A DNA stretch of 63,975 nt, filler included, from Thermoplasmatota archaeon (GTDB lineage: Archaea > Thermoplasmatota > E2 > JACPAO01 > JAHFTW01), in NCBI GenBank assembly GCA_041623215.1. It is 5 parts of 5 records of this genome, joined end to end, with 100 filler letters (N's around TTAATTAATTAA, not from the genome) between each part and the next. Parts side by side here need not be neighbours in the genome. Positions count along the whole stretch, not along the records: positions 1 to 14,834 come from JBFJXH010000037.1; positions 14,935 to 29,568 come from JBFJXH010000038.1; 3 more parts are not named here. One strand, written 5' to 3'. Position 1 is the first letter of the stretch. Each line of letters opens with the position of its first letter. Made by a program: the position numbers and the translations under genes. The notes beneath the pieces were generated by a model. That model saw only the letters and a list, made by a program, of their open reading frames with translations, made no database searches and had not been told where the DNA came from. Shown piece by piece: positions 10,321-20,000 of the stretch.

Positions 10321-11133
10321 CTACGAACCCTTGAATGCGGGTGGTCGCTTGTCCAAGAACGCCCGCATCCCTTCCGCTTGGTCATCCGTTTCAAAGATGC
10401 TACCAAAGGCATCGGCCTCGCGGTCAATGGCATCTCGAAGCGGCAGATGGGCACCCTTGTTGACAATGCGTTTGACCGTTTGGACCGCCAGCGGACCATT
10501 GGCGGCCACGCGCTCAAGGATGCCCGCGACATGATTCATCAAATCATCGTGGGGAACCGTTTCGTCCACGAGGCCCCATGCCTCAGCTTGGGTTGCATCA
10601 ATTGTGTCCCCTGTAATCAGCAACAATTTGGCGCGACCTTGGCCAACGCGCCGGGGCAGCCGTTGACTACCACCAAAGCCGGGAATGACACCCAGTTTGG
10701 CTTCGGGAAGTCCCAGCTTGGCCTTGTCAGAGGCAATCAGAATGTCACAAGCCATCGCTAACTCGAGACCGCCGCCGAGGGCAAATCCATTGATGGCCGC
10801 AATGACCGGCGCGGGGAACCGCTCGAGGTCCCAAAAGACTCGTTGGCCCTTGCGGCTAAACTCGGCCGCCAGCGTCGCGTGAACCTTCTTGTTCGGGTCA
10901 AAGGCCACCATGTGAACAATGTCGGCCCCGGCCACGAACGCCTTGCCGGCGCCCGTCAAAATGACACCGCGAATGTCCTTGGTCCGCAAATCAACCAGCG
11001 CATCATGAAGCGCGTCCAACACCTGCTCGTTGAGAGCATTGAGGGCGTTGGGCCGGTTGATGGTGATGGTGGCAATGTGCTGGTCGTCCACCTCAACCAC
11101 GACCGGACGGCCATGGACTTGGACGCTGGTCAT
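10321..11133 (-). CDS. Enoyl-CoA hydratase (crotonase)
   Basis: [40 protein letters not shown]; both catalytic Glu present. Confidence 0.95.
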   Translation of the reverse strand: MTSVQVHGRPVVVEVDDQHIATITINRPNALNALNEQVLDALHDALVDLRTKDIRGVILTGAGKAFVAGADIVHMVAFDPNKKVHATLAAEFSRKGQRVFWDLERFPAPVIAAINGFALGGGLELAMACDILIASDKAKLGLPEAKLGVIPGFGGSQRLPRRVGQGRAKLLLITGDTIDATQAEAWGLVDETVPHDDLMNHVAGILERVAANGPLAVQTVKRIVNKGAHLPLRDAIDREADAFGSIFETDDQAEGMRAFLDKRPPAFKGS

Positions 11134-11630
11134 GCGGTCTCCTCCGCCTCGACCTCAAGCAAAACGGTCGTCTGCTCAACGTTGGCACCGTTAACCACGT
11201 GCACCTTCGCGACGGTGCCCGCGACGGGTGACTTCAGGTCGTTTTGCATTTTCATGGCTTCCAACACAAGAAGGACTTGGCCTTCGGTGACCGCGTCGCC
11301 TTCGCGGACGTTGACTTCGACCACTTTGCCCGGCATGGGTGGCTTAATCTTGCCATCAGCACGGCGCGACCCCCCGCCCGCGCGAACCACTTCCGGCTTG
11401 GCGCGCCGAATGGCTAAGTCCAGGACTTCACGCCCTTCGTGAACGAGGCCGTCTTCGATGCGGAATTCGCGCTCATCACCATCAAGCGTTGTCCGATAGT
11501 GGCCCTTGCCTTGCCGCTGCGCCTGCGGCTCAAAGCGTTCACCATCCACGATGAACACGGGGCCATCAGCGTGCTCTTCGACCGTGACGTGATGCGTGCG
11601 GCCGTTGAGGGTGAAGGCATAGCGACTCAC
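11130..11630 (-). CDS. Biotin carboxyl carrier protein of an acyl-CoA carboxylase
   Basis: PMPGKV and EAMKM biotinylation motif; 4-bp overlaps with both neighbours. Confidence 0.95.
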   Translation of the reverse strand: MSRYAFTLNGRTHHVTVEEHADGPVFIVDGERFEPQAQRQGKGHYRTTLDGDEREFRIEDGLVHEGREVLDLAIRRAKPEVVRAGGGSRRADGKIKPPMPGKVVEVNVREGDAVTEGQVLLVLEAMKMQNDLKSPVAGTVAKVHVVNGANVEQTTVLLEVEAEETA

Positions 11631-13204
11631 AGACGGACCCCCACGCTCTCGCGGCGCGCACGGTTACCCCACGCATTGAGTCGCCTTCGCCCATGGGCGT
11701 CTGTGCCGACGTTGCCGGCAATTGCAACCTTGAAGTTGTAATTCTTTGCCACCAACGCATCAATACCCCCGGGCTCCTGAGCCAGTGCCGCAGCCAGAGC
11801 TGCAAGACGGCGCTTGGTCACGTCGTCCGCCTGTTCTTCTTCGCCCATGTAACGTTCGAGAACCCGGTGGTCGGCAAGGTAATGGGTAGTCATGTTGCCG
11901 GCGCAAAATGGCTCATCGTTCATGAGCAACAAGTGTAGATCGCGATTGGTAACCAAGTCGCCCAGGTCGTACTCGGCCAAGGCACGGCGCGCCTTGCGAA
12001 TCGCCTCCGCGCGGTCGGCGCCGCTAACGATGAGTTTGGCCACCATGGAGTCGTACGACGACGGAACCCTGAAGCCGGGATACAGGAACGTGTCAACGCG
12101 CACCCCATTCCCCTGTGGCGGCTGGTGACGCTTCACAAGGCCCGGCGTGGGCATGAATTGGTTGGCGGGGTCTTCGGCATTGATGCGGCATTCAATGCTC
12201 CATCCGCGTTGCCGAGCATCAACCCAAGCTTGGTCGTAGCCAAGTTTCTCGCCGGTAGCCACGCGCAATTGCTCAGAGACTAGGTCCACACCATACACTT
12301 GCTCAGTGACGGGGTGCTCAACCTGCAAGCGAGTGTTGACTTCATTGAAGAAGAAGGTCCCATCTTCCCAAAGGAATTCGGCCGTGCCGGCGTTGGTGTA
12401 TCCAACATCCCGAAGCAGCTTGCAAACGGAGGCGCCGACGTCACGGCGATCCTCTTCGCTCACCACGGGGCTGGGTGCCTCCTCAATGAGCTTCTGGTGG
12501 CGGCGCTGAATAGAACATTCGCGCTCGCCGAAATGAACGACAGTTCCGTGCTGGTCGGCCAGGAGTTGGAATTCAATGTGTCGCGGCCGGCCAATGAATT
12601 TCTCGATGAACACTTCGCCTCGACCAAAAGCGGCCTTTGCCTGTCGTTGCGTGGCCAGGAGCGCTTCCTCCAATTCTGCCGGGTCTTCAACGACTCGCAT
12701 GCCCATGCCACCCCCACCGAATGCTGCCTTGATGATGACCGGATAGCCTGCCAGTTCGGCCGCATCCCGCGCCTCATCGATGCCTTCGACAAACGCATCC
12801 TTGCCCGGCACCACGGGGACGCCGGCGGCACGGGCCGCTTCCTTGCTGGCCACCTTGTCTCCAAGGATCTTGATGGCCGATGCCGGAGGGCCCACGAACG
12901 TAATTCCCGCCGCATCCAGCGCTTCAACAAAGTCGGCTCGCTCGCTCAAGAATCCATAGCCAGGGTGAACCGCGTCCACGCCCGCTTGTTTGCAAATGTC
13001 CACGATCCCGTCAATATTGAGGTAGTTGGAGGCGGCCGATTCATCACCCATGCCGTAGGCCTCGTCGGCAAAGCGCACATGCGCTGCTTCGGCGTCTTGC
13101 GGCGAGTGGATGGCGACGGTCTTCATGCCCAATTCGCGTGCAGTGCGCATGACGCGAAGGGCGATTTCACCGCGGTTGGCGACTAGGATTCGTTCGATAC
13201 TCAT
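11627..13204 (-). CDS. accC: Acetyl/propionyl-CoA carboxylase, biotin carboxylase subunit
   Basis: [50 protein letters not shown]; start ATG 13204 overlaps the bioY stop. Confidence 0.95.
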   Translation of the reverse strand: MSIERILVANRGEIALRVMRTARELGMKTVAIHSPQDAEAAHVRFADEAYGMGDESAASNYLNIDGIVDICKQAGVDAVHPGYGFLSERADFVEALDAAGITFVGPPASAIKILGDKVASKEAARAAGVPVVPGKDAFVEGIDEARDAAELAGYPVIIKAAFGGGGMGMRVVEDPAELEEALLATQRQAKAAFGRGEVFIEKFIGRPRHIEFQLLADQHGTVVHFGERECSIQRRHQKLIEEAPSPVVSEEDRRDVGASVCKLLRDVGYTNAGTAEFLWEDGTFFFNEVNTRLQVEHPVTEQVYGVDLVSEQLRVATGEKLGYDQAWVDARQRGWSIECRINAEDPANQFMPTPGLVKRHQPPQGNGVRVDTFLYPGFRVPSSYDSMVAKLIVSGADRAEAIRKARRALAEYDLGDLVTNRDLHLLLMNDEPFCAGNMTTHYLADHRVLERYMGEEEQADDVTKRRLAALAAALAQEPGGIDALVAKNYNFKVAIAGNVGTDAHGRRRLNAWGNRARRESVGVRL

Positions 13205-14028
13205 TGGGAAACCTCGAGTTCGTGGGGGGAAGGAAGGAAGGGCACGGTAGCGGCCACCGCCAGGGCAGCTTTCAGGGTGTCGAGAGGCAGGAAGACCGTC
13301 GAACCCAGGGCAATGGCTTGGGGCCATGACCAGTCCAGGGTCCATTTGAGGACTGGTACCCCGATGGCGTGGATGATGCCGATGGCCCCCATCATAGCGA
13401 GCCAGAGGCCCCACTTGTCGTGCGCGCGCCCTTGGGCTTGCCGAGTGATGGCAATCGCCGCGACGACGGCAAGGACGGTGGCACCAAGGACAAGGTAGGT
13501 GGCGCTACGGGTCACGGACCACGTTTCGTCGAACCGTTCACCGTTGGCAACGAGCCACGTCATGGCCACCAAGCTGGCAACGCTCATGGCAGCGACGGCG
13601 AGGACGAGCGCAAGCGTCGCCCGTCGTGGCAATGTACGACGCGCCTCCAACCACCAGCCAATGAAGTACGCGGCGAACGCAAAACCGACGATGTAGCCGG
13701 CCGTGTGCCCCGTCAATACATCAAGTCCGCTGGATTCTTGCTGCGCGAAGACCGGTAGACCAATGGCGCCGGCAAGCACGTAGAAGCCGATGGACAGCAA
13801 GCCGTAGTGGCGCCCCAGGTAGGCTCCTGTGACGAGGACCCCGAAAACCTGGAAGCTAAAGGGCACGGGCGTCCAAGGCAATGGAATGGCCACGTGGCTC
13901 ATCAGGGCCAAGAAACCGGCCATGCCCGCAGCAAACAATGTCTTGGTGAGCCAGTGCTGGTCATTGATGCGCGTGTAGGCTGCCAACCGCGCGTGGCGCC
14001 ATCGATTGGCGGTGCCAGCATCCTCCAT
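13201..14028 (-). CDS. bioY: Biotin transporter BioY (ECF S-component) with internal insertion
   Basis: IPLPWTPVPFSFQ, GLPVFA, GHTAGYIVGF, FLPLDTLK; adjacent to biotin-dependent carboxylase. Confidence 0.9.
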   Translation of the reverse strand: MEDAGTANRWRHARLAAYTRINDQHWLTKTLFAAGMAGFLALMSHVAIPLPWTPVPFSFQVFGVLVTGAYLGRHYGLLSIGFYVLAGAIGLPVFAQQESSGLDVLTGHTAGYIVGFAFAAYFIGWWLEARRTLPRRATLALVLAVAAMSVASLVAMTWLVANGERFDETWSVTRSATYLVLGATVLAVVAAIAITRQAQGRAHDKWGLWLAMMGAIGIIHAIGVPVLKWTLDWSWPQAIALGSTVFLPLDTLKAALAVAATVPFLPSPHELEVSQ

Positions 14029-14834
14029 TAGGCAATCTCCGTTCGGGCATGATCCATCACCTCGGCGGTAATGGCCAAGACTTGACCCTCGATTTCCCAG
14101 AAGCGCGTCGCAAACGTGCCCAAGGGACCTTCGACACGTGCTCCCCCGTGCCCATCGGCGCGCACGGTATGGTCGCGGAGACTAGTGGCCAGCCCGGTGC
14201 CAGCGCGCTTGAAGGCAGCTTCCTTGGCTGCCCACATACACGTGCTCGCCCACTCCGGCTGGTCGGCCGCCATCAGGTTAGCCAATTCGAGGTCATTGAA
14301 CGATTCGTGCAGCCAAGCTGCATCACGCTCCTCGGGTCGCTCGAGGTCAATGCCAATAGGGCCCTCGGAAAGCGCGGCTACGGCAAGGCCCGCTCGATGC
14401 GTGATGGTAACATGTAGTGGCACACGACCGCCGCGGACACGAAGGCGGGGGAAGCCGGATTGATCGTCGGGGTCCACTTCCACGTCAAGCGGCGATAGGT
14501 CGGGCAGGTGAGCGCAGACCGCCTGCTTGACTGCTAGCCGCCCGGCGCGCCACTCATCGGCTCGCTTGGGGACCGGGAAGTCTGCATGACGGGTCCTCTC
14601 GGCCGCCGTGAACCACTGCGGCTCACAGTCGTGGTCAACTTCAACCCGGCACGCAGCTAGCACCACCCCGTCAATTTCAGGCAAGGCAATGCCACCCCCT
14701 GGAATCGGTGCTGCCGCGCCAATCTCCGTGAGGCGAACATCCACGTCTTCGCCGGCGTCGGGGTCAGCCACCGTGCCTTCAAGGGCCGGCGAAGCGGCCA
14801 AAGAGCCATCCTGCTTGGCGCCGGGCATCGGCGC
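14028..14834 (-). CDS. 4'-phosphopantetheinyl transferase (Sfp-like); frame open to contig edge, possibly the C-terminal domain of a larger protein
   Basis: GRLAVK, TITHR, IGIDLE and WAAKEAAFK motifs; no in-frame stop up to 14834. Confidence 0.88.
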   Translation of the reverse strand, partial: APMPGAKQDGSLAASPALEGTVADPDAGEDVDVRLTEIGAAAPIPGGGIALPEIDGVVLAACRVEVDHDCEPQWFTAAERTRHADFPVPKRADEWRAGRLAVKQAVCAHLPDLSPLDVEVDPDDQSGFPRLRVRGGRVPLHVTITHRAGLAVAALSEGPIGIDLERPEERDAAWLHESFNDLELANLMAADQPEWASTCMWAAKEAAFKRAGTGLATSLRDHTVRADGHGGARVEGPLGTFATRFWEIEGQVLAITAEVMDHARTEIA

Positions 14835-14934
14835 NNNNNNNNNNNNNNNNNNNNNNNNNNNNNNNNNNNNNNNNNNNNTTAATTAATTAANNNNNNNNNN
14901 NNNNNNNNNNNNNNNNNNNNNNNNNNNNNNNNNN
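14835..14934. other. Artificial contig linker
   Basis: N runs flanking TTAATTAATTAA (stops in all six frames). Confidence 0.99.
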
Positions 14935-15358
14935 CATCGTGCACACCGATGGCAATCTTGCGGCGCTTGCGCCCAGGCGCCAGGGTGAGTTTCTCCTGGG
15001 CATCCATCACGGTCTTCACGTAGTCGTCGTCGAACGGCACGCCGCGGACGAAACAGAGCGCCGCAAATGGCCGAATGGCGGCCACCGACTCGTGCACCGT
15101 CAGCTCCGTCACCGCAGGGTCCACCGGGTACGAAGGCAGGCCCGGCTTGACGTTCAAGAAGGCGCGAAGAGCCCGTCCAGTGCCTTCCAGCGTCAACAAA
15201 TCGGGGCGGTCAGGAAACCACTCAATGGTAATGGCATCGCCGTCCACCTTGTCCAGGTCGCCGCCCATCATGGGCATGCGTTCGCCCAACTCCTTGCTAC
15301 TGTACTCCTTCCCGATGAGGGCGTTCAAGTCGCGTCGATCGAAGGTTACGACCGGCAT
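14935..15358 (-). CDS. pheT: Phenylalanine--tRNA ligase beta subunit, archaeal type (N-terminal part, cut by contig edge)
   Basis: MPVVTF start, PDRPDLL, IRPF, QEKL...GRKRRKIAIGVHD. Confidence 0.93.
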
Positions 15359-15382
15359 TGCCACCGCCAGCCTGCCGCCTTG

Positions 15383-15388
15383 TTTAAG
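15383..15388. promoter_or_regulatory. Putative TATA box shared by divergent pheT and HMG-CoA reductase genes
   Basis: Only AT-rich element (TTTAAG / CTTAAA) in the 50-bp gap; ~26 and ~30 bp from the two start codons. Confidence 0.55.
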
Positions 15389-15408
15389 GGGGACGACCCT
15401 GCCCGCGC

Positions 15409-16662
15409 ATGGCCGAGTCGCCCTGGTCAGGGTTCCATCGCTTATCAGCGGCCGAACGGCTGGCGCGAGTGGCGCGCCATGCGAACCTGTCCGAGGAGGA
15501 CCAAGCAGCGCTAGTTGCTCCAAGCGGCCTGGATCTGGCCGCCGCCGACAGCTTCGTCGAGAATGCAGTTGGTACCTTCCCCTTGCCGCTTGCCTTCGCC
15601 GTTCACTTTGTCATCGACGGCGAGGCGGTGGTGGTTCCCATGGCGGTCGAGGAATCATCCGTGGTGGCGGCGGCCAGCCACGGTGCCAAGTTGGCTGCCC
15701 AGGGCGGCGGATTTACGACCCAGGCGGACGACCCGATTATGATTGGGCAGGTGGAAGTGCGCGGCGTCGCTGACCCCGAGGCTGCAATGGTGCTTGCCAA
15801 GGAACGGGAAGCAGCATGGGTGGACGCGGCCAACGACCTGATACCATCCATGGTCCAGCGCGGTGGTGGCGTGCGGGCAGCGCAGACCCGCATCGTAGGC
15901 CGCCCCGAGGAGGGCCGCCTCGTCATCCACCTGCTCATGGACTGCCGCGACGCCATGGGTGCCAACCTCGTCAACACTGTATGCGAAGGCATGGCCGACC
16001 TGCTTGCCGGCGACCTTGGAGGCACACCCGGCCTTCGCATCCTTAGCAACCTCGCCACCGAGCGGTTGGCATCCGCCGCATGCCGCATCCCGGTCCAAGC
16101 CGTGGGCGGCGCGGAGGCGGCCGCCGCCATTGTCGCCGCCAATGACTTTGCCTTGGCGGACCCTTGGCGTGCGGCGACCCACAACAAGGGCATCCTCAAC
16201 GGCATCGACCCCGTGGTCATCGCGACCGGCAACGATTGGCGCGCCGTGGAAGCTGGCGCACACGCTTACGCGGCCCGAGCCGGAACCTACGCGGCCCTCA
16301 CAGAGTGGCAATTAGATGGCGACCACCTTGTGGGCCGCCTCGAACTCCCGCTGGCCTTGGGAACGGTCGGCGGCTTGACACGCCTCCACCCGGTGGCCGC
16401 CGCCTGCTTGAATGTATTAGGGGCCCCTAATGCGACGCGCCTTGCCCGCATCGCTTGCGCTGTGGGGCTGGCGCAGAATCTGTCCGCGCTCAAGGCCCTG
16501 GCAGGGGAAGGCATCCAACGGGGCCACATGGCCCTGCATGCTCGCAACGTGGCGCTAGCTGCTGGCGCAACCGGAAACGATGTTTCCCGCGTCGCCAACG
16601 CCATGGTGGCGGCAGGCACCATCACCCGGGCGGCAGCACAGGAATTCCTGGCTGATGAGTGA
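15409..16662 (+). CDS. mvaA: Hydroxymethylglutaryl-CoA reductase, class II
   Basis: ENAVG, PMAVEESSVVAA, DAMGAN, RAATHNKG, GNDWRAVEAG, GIQRGHMALH. Confidence 0.95.
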   Translation: MAESPWSGFHRLSAAERLARVARHANLSEEDQAALVAPSGLDLAAADSFVENAVGTFPLPLAFAVHFVIDGEAVVVPMAVEESSVVAAASHGAKLAAQGGGFTTQADDPIMIGQVEVRGVADPEAAMVLAKEREAAWVDAANDLIPSMVQRGGGVRAAQTRIVGRPEEGRLVIHLLMDCRDAMGANLVNTVCEGMADLLAGDLGGTPGLRILSNLATERLASAACRIPVQAVGGAEAAAAIVAANDFALADPWRAATHNKGILNGIDPVVIATGNDWRAVEAGAHAYAARAGTYAALTEWQLDGDHLVGRLELPLALGTVGGLTRLHPVAAACLNVLGAPNATRLARIACAVGLAQNLSALKALAGEGIQRGHMALHARNVALAAGATGNDVSRVANAMVAAGTITRAAAQEFLADE

Positions 16663-16710
16663 CGCCCACACCTCAAGCTTCAAATAGCGCCTGACCACTG
16701 ATATCTTAGC

Positions 16711-17070
16711 ATGGGGAAACTTGCTTCGGTCCTTCGAAATCGCCTCCACATGCTGCAGGAGGATGCACTTGCCGTCGCCCACACCGTGGAAGAAGCCTTC
16801 CGCGGCGAGGACGAACTCAACGATGAATTCTTGGATGCCAGCCTTCGCTCGGTGTTCTACAGCCTCCAAGACGAAGGTGTGCTGGCAATCCGCCGCACCG
16901 AATACCAATCCGATGGGCGCGCCCGCCGCGCCTACTTTTGGGCTGTCACCGACGGTGAAGCCTTGCCCGATTCGGCCGCCGCGCGCCGCGCCGAACACAA
17001 CCAGCGCCTGTACGCGCGCCTCGGTGACGACGCCTGGAAGCGCCGCCGCCCGTCGCCCGAAATGGCGTAA
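16711..17070 (+). CDS. Hypothetical protein, resembles the Thermoplasmata DUF6015-type family
   Basis: 119-aa ORF; RSVFYSLQDEGVL...DGRARRAYFW pattern recalled from that family; TTCAAATA box ~32 bp upstream. Confidence 0.65.
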   Translation: MGKLASVLRNRLHMLQEDALAVAHTVEEAFRGEDELNDEFLDASLRSVFYSLQDEGVLAIRRTEYQSDGRARRAYFWAVTDGEALPDSAAARRAEHNQRLYARLGDDAWKRRRPSPEMA

Positions 17071-17092
17071 TCGGCCAACTCGCTCTAATCGT

Positions 17093-17413
17093 CTAGCGTG
17101 AGCGGTCGCGCTGGCGCTTCGCATCCTCTGCACGCGAACGCCGCATGGCTGCATCGGCTCGGGCCCCCGACACTAACGTCCGCCATGCCCACACGGTAAC
17201 GGCGACGCTAAACAGGCTGGCGATACCAAGAAAAACTTGTTCGCCCACGGGGATACTGGATCCTTCGGGCGGGAACAAAACCTGGTAGGGCTCGGATGGA
17301 TCCGGCGGCTGACGCACCCCACTTAGCACCAAAGCGGTGTACGTCAACGTGACTAGCGCCGCAATGACGCCGAAGACCACCACACCGACGTAGACCCGGG
17401 TTGGAACCGCCAC
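17093..17413 (-). CDS. Small two-TM membrane protein
   Basis: Two clear hydrophobic segments; start uncertain (GTG 17413 chosen). Confidence 0.6.
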   Translation of the reverse strand: MAVPTRVYVGVVVFGVIAALVTLTYTALVLSGVRQPPDPSEPYQVLFPPEGSSIPVGEQVFLGIASLFSVAVTVWAWRTLVSGARADAAMRRSRAEDAKRQRDRSR

Positions 17414-17538
17414 ATCTTGGCGACCCCTAGTGAGCGGGAAACAGCTTCGGTCCCGATTGCTCAGTGCCGTTGCGATGCGACGGATTGTAGCCGCGCGGGA
17501 CGCGCCCCTTATCACGACGATTTGGCGTCGCGGCCTCA

Positions 17539-18906
17539 ATGGCACTGTTTGGCACCAACGGCGTGCGTGGACTTATCGGCTCCACCATGACCCCCGACCT
17601 GGCCCTGCGGCTTGGCAAAGCGGTCGGTTCGTGGCTTGAGCCCGGCGACACGCTCGCCCTAGGGACGGACGCTCGACAATCGCGGGATATGCTCAAGGCC
17701 GCCTTTGTCGCGGGCGTCAATGAAACCGGCGTCCACGTCCACGACCTCGGCATTCTGCCGTCACCTGGGATTCAATTGTACGTGCGCGACCAGGGCTTTG
17801 CCGCCGGCGCCATCATCACCGCCAGCCATAACCCGCCTGAGTGGAACGGTATCAAATTGGTTGCACCAGACGGCACAGAGACCAGCGCCGACGAGGAAGC
17901 AGCCGTCACCGAACTCTTTGAGGCAGAATCGTTCCGAGTCGCGGCGTGGGACCAAGTCGGCACACTGCAAGCGGACGCCGCCGCGACCCAGTATTACCTG
18001 GACGCCGTCGTGGACCAAGTCAATGTGAACGCCATCCAGGCAGCCGGGCTACGCGTTGTGCTGGACCCCGGCGGTGGCGCAGGGTGCGTCACAGCCCCGC
18101 TCCTGATGCAGGCGCTGGGCGTGGAAACGATTGGCCTGTCCTGCGAGCTTGACGGCGCGTTCAGCGACCGAGCGAGCGAGCCAACGCCCACGAACAGCGC
18201 GCGCTGCATCGAGACCGTCAAGGAAGTGGGTGCCGACCTCGGAATCCTGCAGGACGGCGACGCCGACCGAGCCATCTTCATTGACGAGCAAGGTGACTAC
18301 ATCTGGGGAGATACAACGCTGGCGTTGGCCGCGCTTCATGAACTACCCCGCCACCCAGAGGGTGAACGCGTCTTTTGCACCGCCGTTAGCAGTAGCACCT
18401 GCGTGGCAGATTGCGTTGAGCGTGCCGGCGGCACCCTTCATTGGACGGTGGTCGGCTCACCCGTGGTGGCACGAGACATGCTGCGGCTTGGCGCCGTGTT
18501 CGGCGGCGAAGATAATGGCGGGCTGATGTTCACGCGGCACCAAGTTTGCCGCGACGGTTTGATGGCGATGGCCTTCATGCTGGAATTGCTGGCCACCACG
18601 GGCCGGCCCTTCTCGGAGCTCGTGGCGGAAGTCCCGCGGTATGCCTTGGTGAAGGACAAACTGCCCGTGCCCGATGATGCCAAACATGCCACGCTTGCGA
18701 AACTGGTCGACGCCGTGCAGGGTGCCGAAGGCGTTCGCGACGTGGATGACCGAGATGGCGTGAAGTTGTATCTGGAGGACGGGTGGGTCTTGGTGCGGCC
18801 ATCAGGGACCGAGCCAATCTTTCGTGTCCAGGCGGAGGCATCTTCTGAAGAAATTGCAGCCAGTCACGTGGACCGATTCAAGGCCGTGCTAACCGAGCTC
18901 CTATAA
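17539..18906 (+). CDS. glmM: Phosphoglucosamine mutase / phosphomannomutase family
   Basis: LFGTNGVRG, TASHNP, DGDADR, VRPSGTEP. Confidence 0.92.
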   Translation: MALFGTNGVRGLIGSTMTPDLALRLGKAVGSWLEPGDTLALGTDARQSRDMLKAAFVAGVNETGVHVHDLGILPSPGIQLYVRDQGFAAGAIITASHNPPEWNGIKLVAPDGTETSADEEAAVTELFEAESFRVAAWDQVGTLQADAAATQYYLDAVVDQVNVNAIQAAGLRVVLDPGGGAGCVTAPLLMQALGVETIGLSCELDGAFSDRASEPTPTNSARCIETVKEVGADLGILQDGDADRAIFIDEQGDYIWGDTTLALAALHELPRHPEGERVFCTAVSSSTCVADCVERAGGTLHWTVVGSPVVARDMLRLGAVFGGEDNGGLMFTRHQVCRDGLMAMAFMLELLATTGRPFSELVAEVPRYALVKDKLPVPDDAKHATLAKLVDAVQGAEGVRDVDDRDGVKLYLEDGWVLVRPSGTEPIFRVQAEASSEEIAASHVDRFKAVLTELL

Positions 18907-18932
18907 CCCCGTGCACGCCGGCAAGGCGGCGG

Positions 18933-20000
18933 CTACGAAGTTGGCCAGCTTGCCACGAGTTCGGGGTCCATGAGGGTGGACCATACCATGTCGCCCACCG
19001 TCGCCATCATGCCCGCATCCAATTGAACCACGGTGTCGGCGGTCGTGTGCCAATACGGCGGAAATCCATATGCCGTGTCGCTGCGACCGAAGTCAATGAC
19101 ATCCACAGCAGGAATCCCTCGCTCAATGAACGGCACATGGTCGTCCGTGACCTGCTTCGAGGTGGTTGTGAAGGCACCGTGGTCGCCAGCATGGCTCCAT
19201 AGCAAAGCTCGCAGCGCCGGATCACTTTGTTCGCTGTGTGCCTCAACAACGAATTGCGCCTGTTTGTCGCCCACCATGTCCAAAAGAATCATGCGCCCCA
19301 CCCCGGCGGCATGGTGGGTGGCGTAATGGGTTGAGCCGGCTAGCGGGTGGCAATCCTCGAAGCCATCTTCCGCATCAAAGAAGGCCACACGCACATCCAC
19401 CACGGGCCCTGTAGGCTCAGTAGCTAGCTGCCGCATCAACTGCAGGAGGACGCCCACGCCACTTGCGCCGTCATTGGCTCCGGGAACCGGGCTCGCCTGC
19501 AAGGCCGGGTCGGGGTCATGATTGGCTTCGGCCTTACTGTCCCAGTGGGCTGCCAACAGAATCATCCGATCGGTCCCGGGCGCATCGAAGGTCGCGTCGA
19601 AGTTCCACATGGTGGCGTTGTGGATGCGGGCTCGGTCCTCAGCACTACAGTAATGGGCGCTGTCGCGGAAGCTGGCCGCCGACCCGAAGTCAAGCTGGTC
19701 CAAGTCCGACCCGGTAAACGCGAGTCGGCGCACCGACCAGGATGGCCCCGCCTTTTCCATGGCTGCTTCCAGCCAATCGGCGGCACGCTCATGGCCTGGA
19801 CTACCGGGCACACGGTGGGTCGGCTCGCCTGCATCCACAAGCGCGCTTGCCAGTTGCAGGGCGGCGTCCCCGTCAAAGGCAAAGCTGGCGGGATTAGGTT
19901 GGTCCGGGCCAACGCAGCCAGCCAGCAAGGCGGCGACGATGAGGACAACAGCCAGCGGAGCCAAAGTCGTGAGCAACGGACGCGGCGCCATGGACGTCAT
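18933..20000 (-). CDS. M28-family lipoprotein (aminopeptidase / glutaminyl cyclase-like)
   Basis: LLAGC lipobox; AHWDSK, GANDGASG, FDAED, LDMVG, DDHVPF, WHT zinc-site motifs; ATGA overlap with upstream gene. Confidence 0.88.
   Translation of the reverse strand: MTSMAPRPLLTTLAPLAVVLIVAALLAGCVGPDQPNPASFAFDGDAALQLASALVDAGEPTHRVPGSPGHERAADWLEAAMEKAGPSWSVRRLAFTGSDLDQLDFGSAASFRDSAHYCSAEDRARIHNATMWNFDATFDAPGTDRMILLAAHWDSKAEANHDPDPALQASPVPGANDGASGVGVLLQLMRQLATEPTGPVVDVRVAFFDAEDGFEDCHPLAGSTHYATHHAAGVGRMILLDMVGDKQAQFVVEAHSEQSDPALRALLWSHAGDHGAFTTTSKQVTDDHVPFIERGIPAVDVIDFGRSDTAYGFPPYWHTTADTVVQLDAGMMATVGDMVWSTLMDPELVASWPTS

Noticed and set aside
14835..14934. TTAATTAATTAA palindromes within N runs (four occurrences)
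   Set aside because: Identical artificial contig linkers; ORFs running into them and adjacency across them are not biological
15409..16662. Bacterial-type class II HMG-CoA reductase as a novelty or contamination sign
   Set aside because: Already known in Thermoplasmata and Archaeoglobus; flanked by archaeal pheT and fen on the same contig
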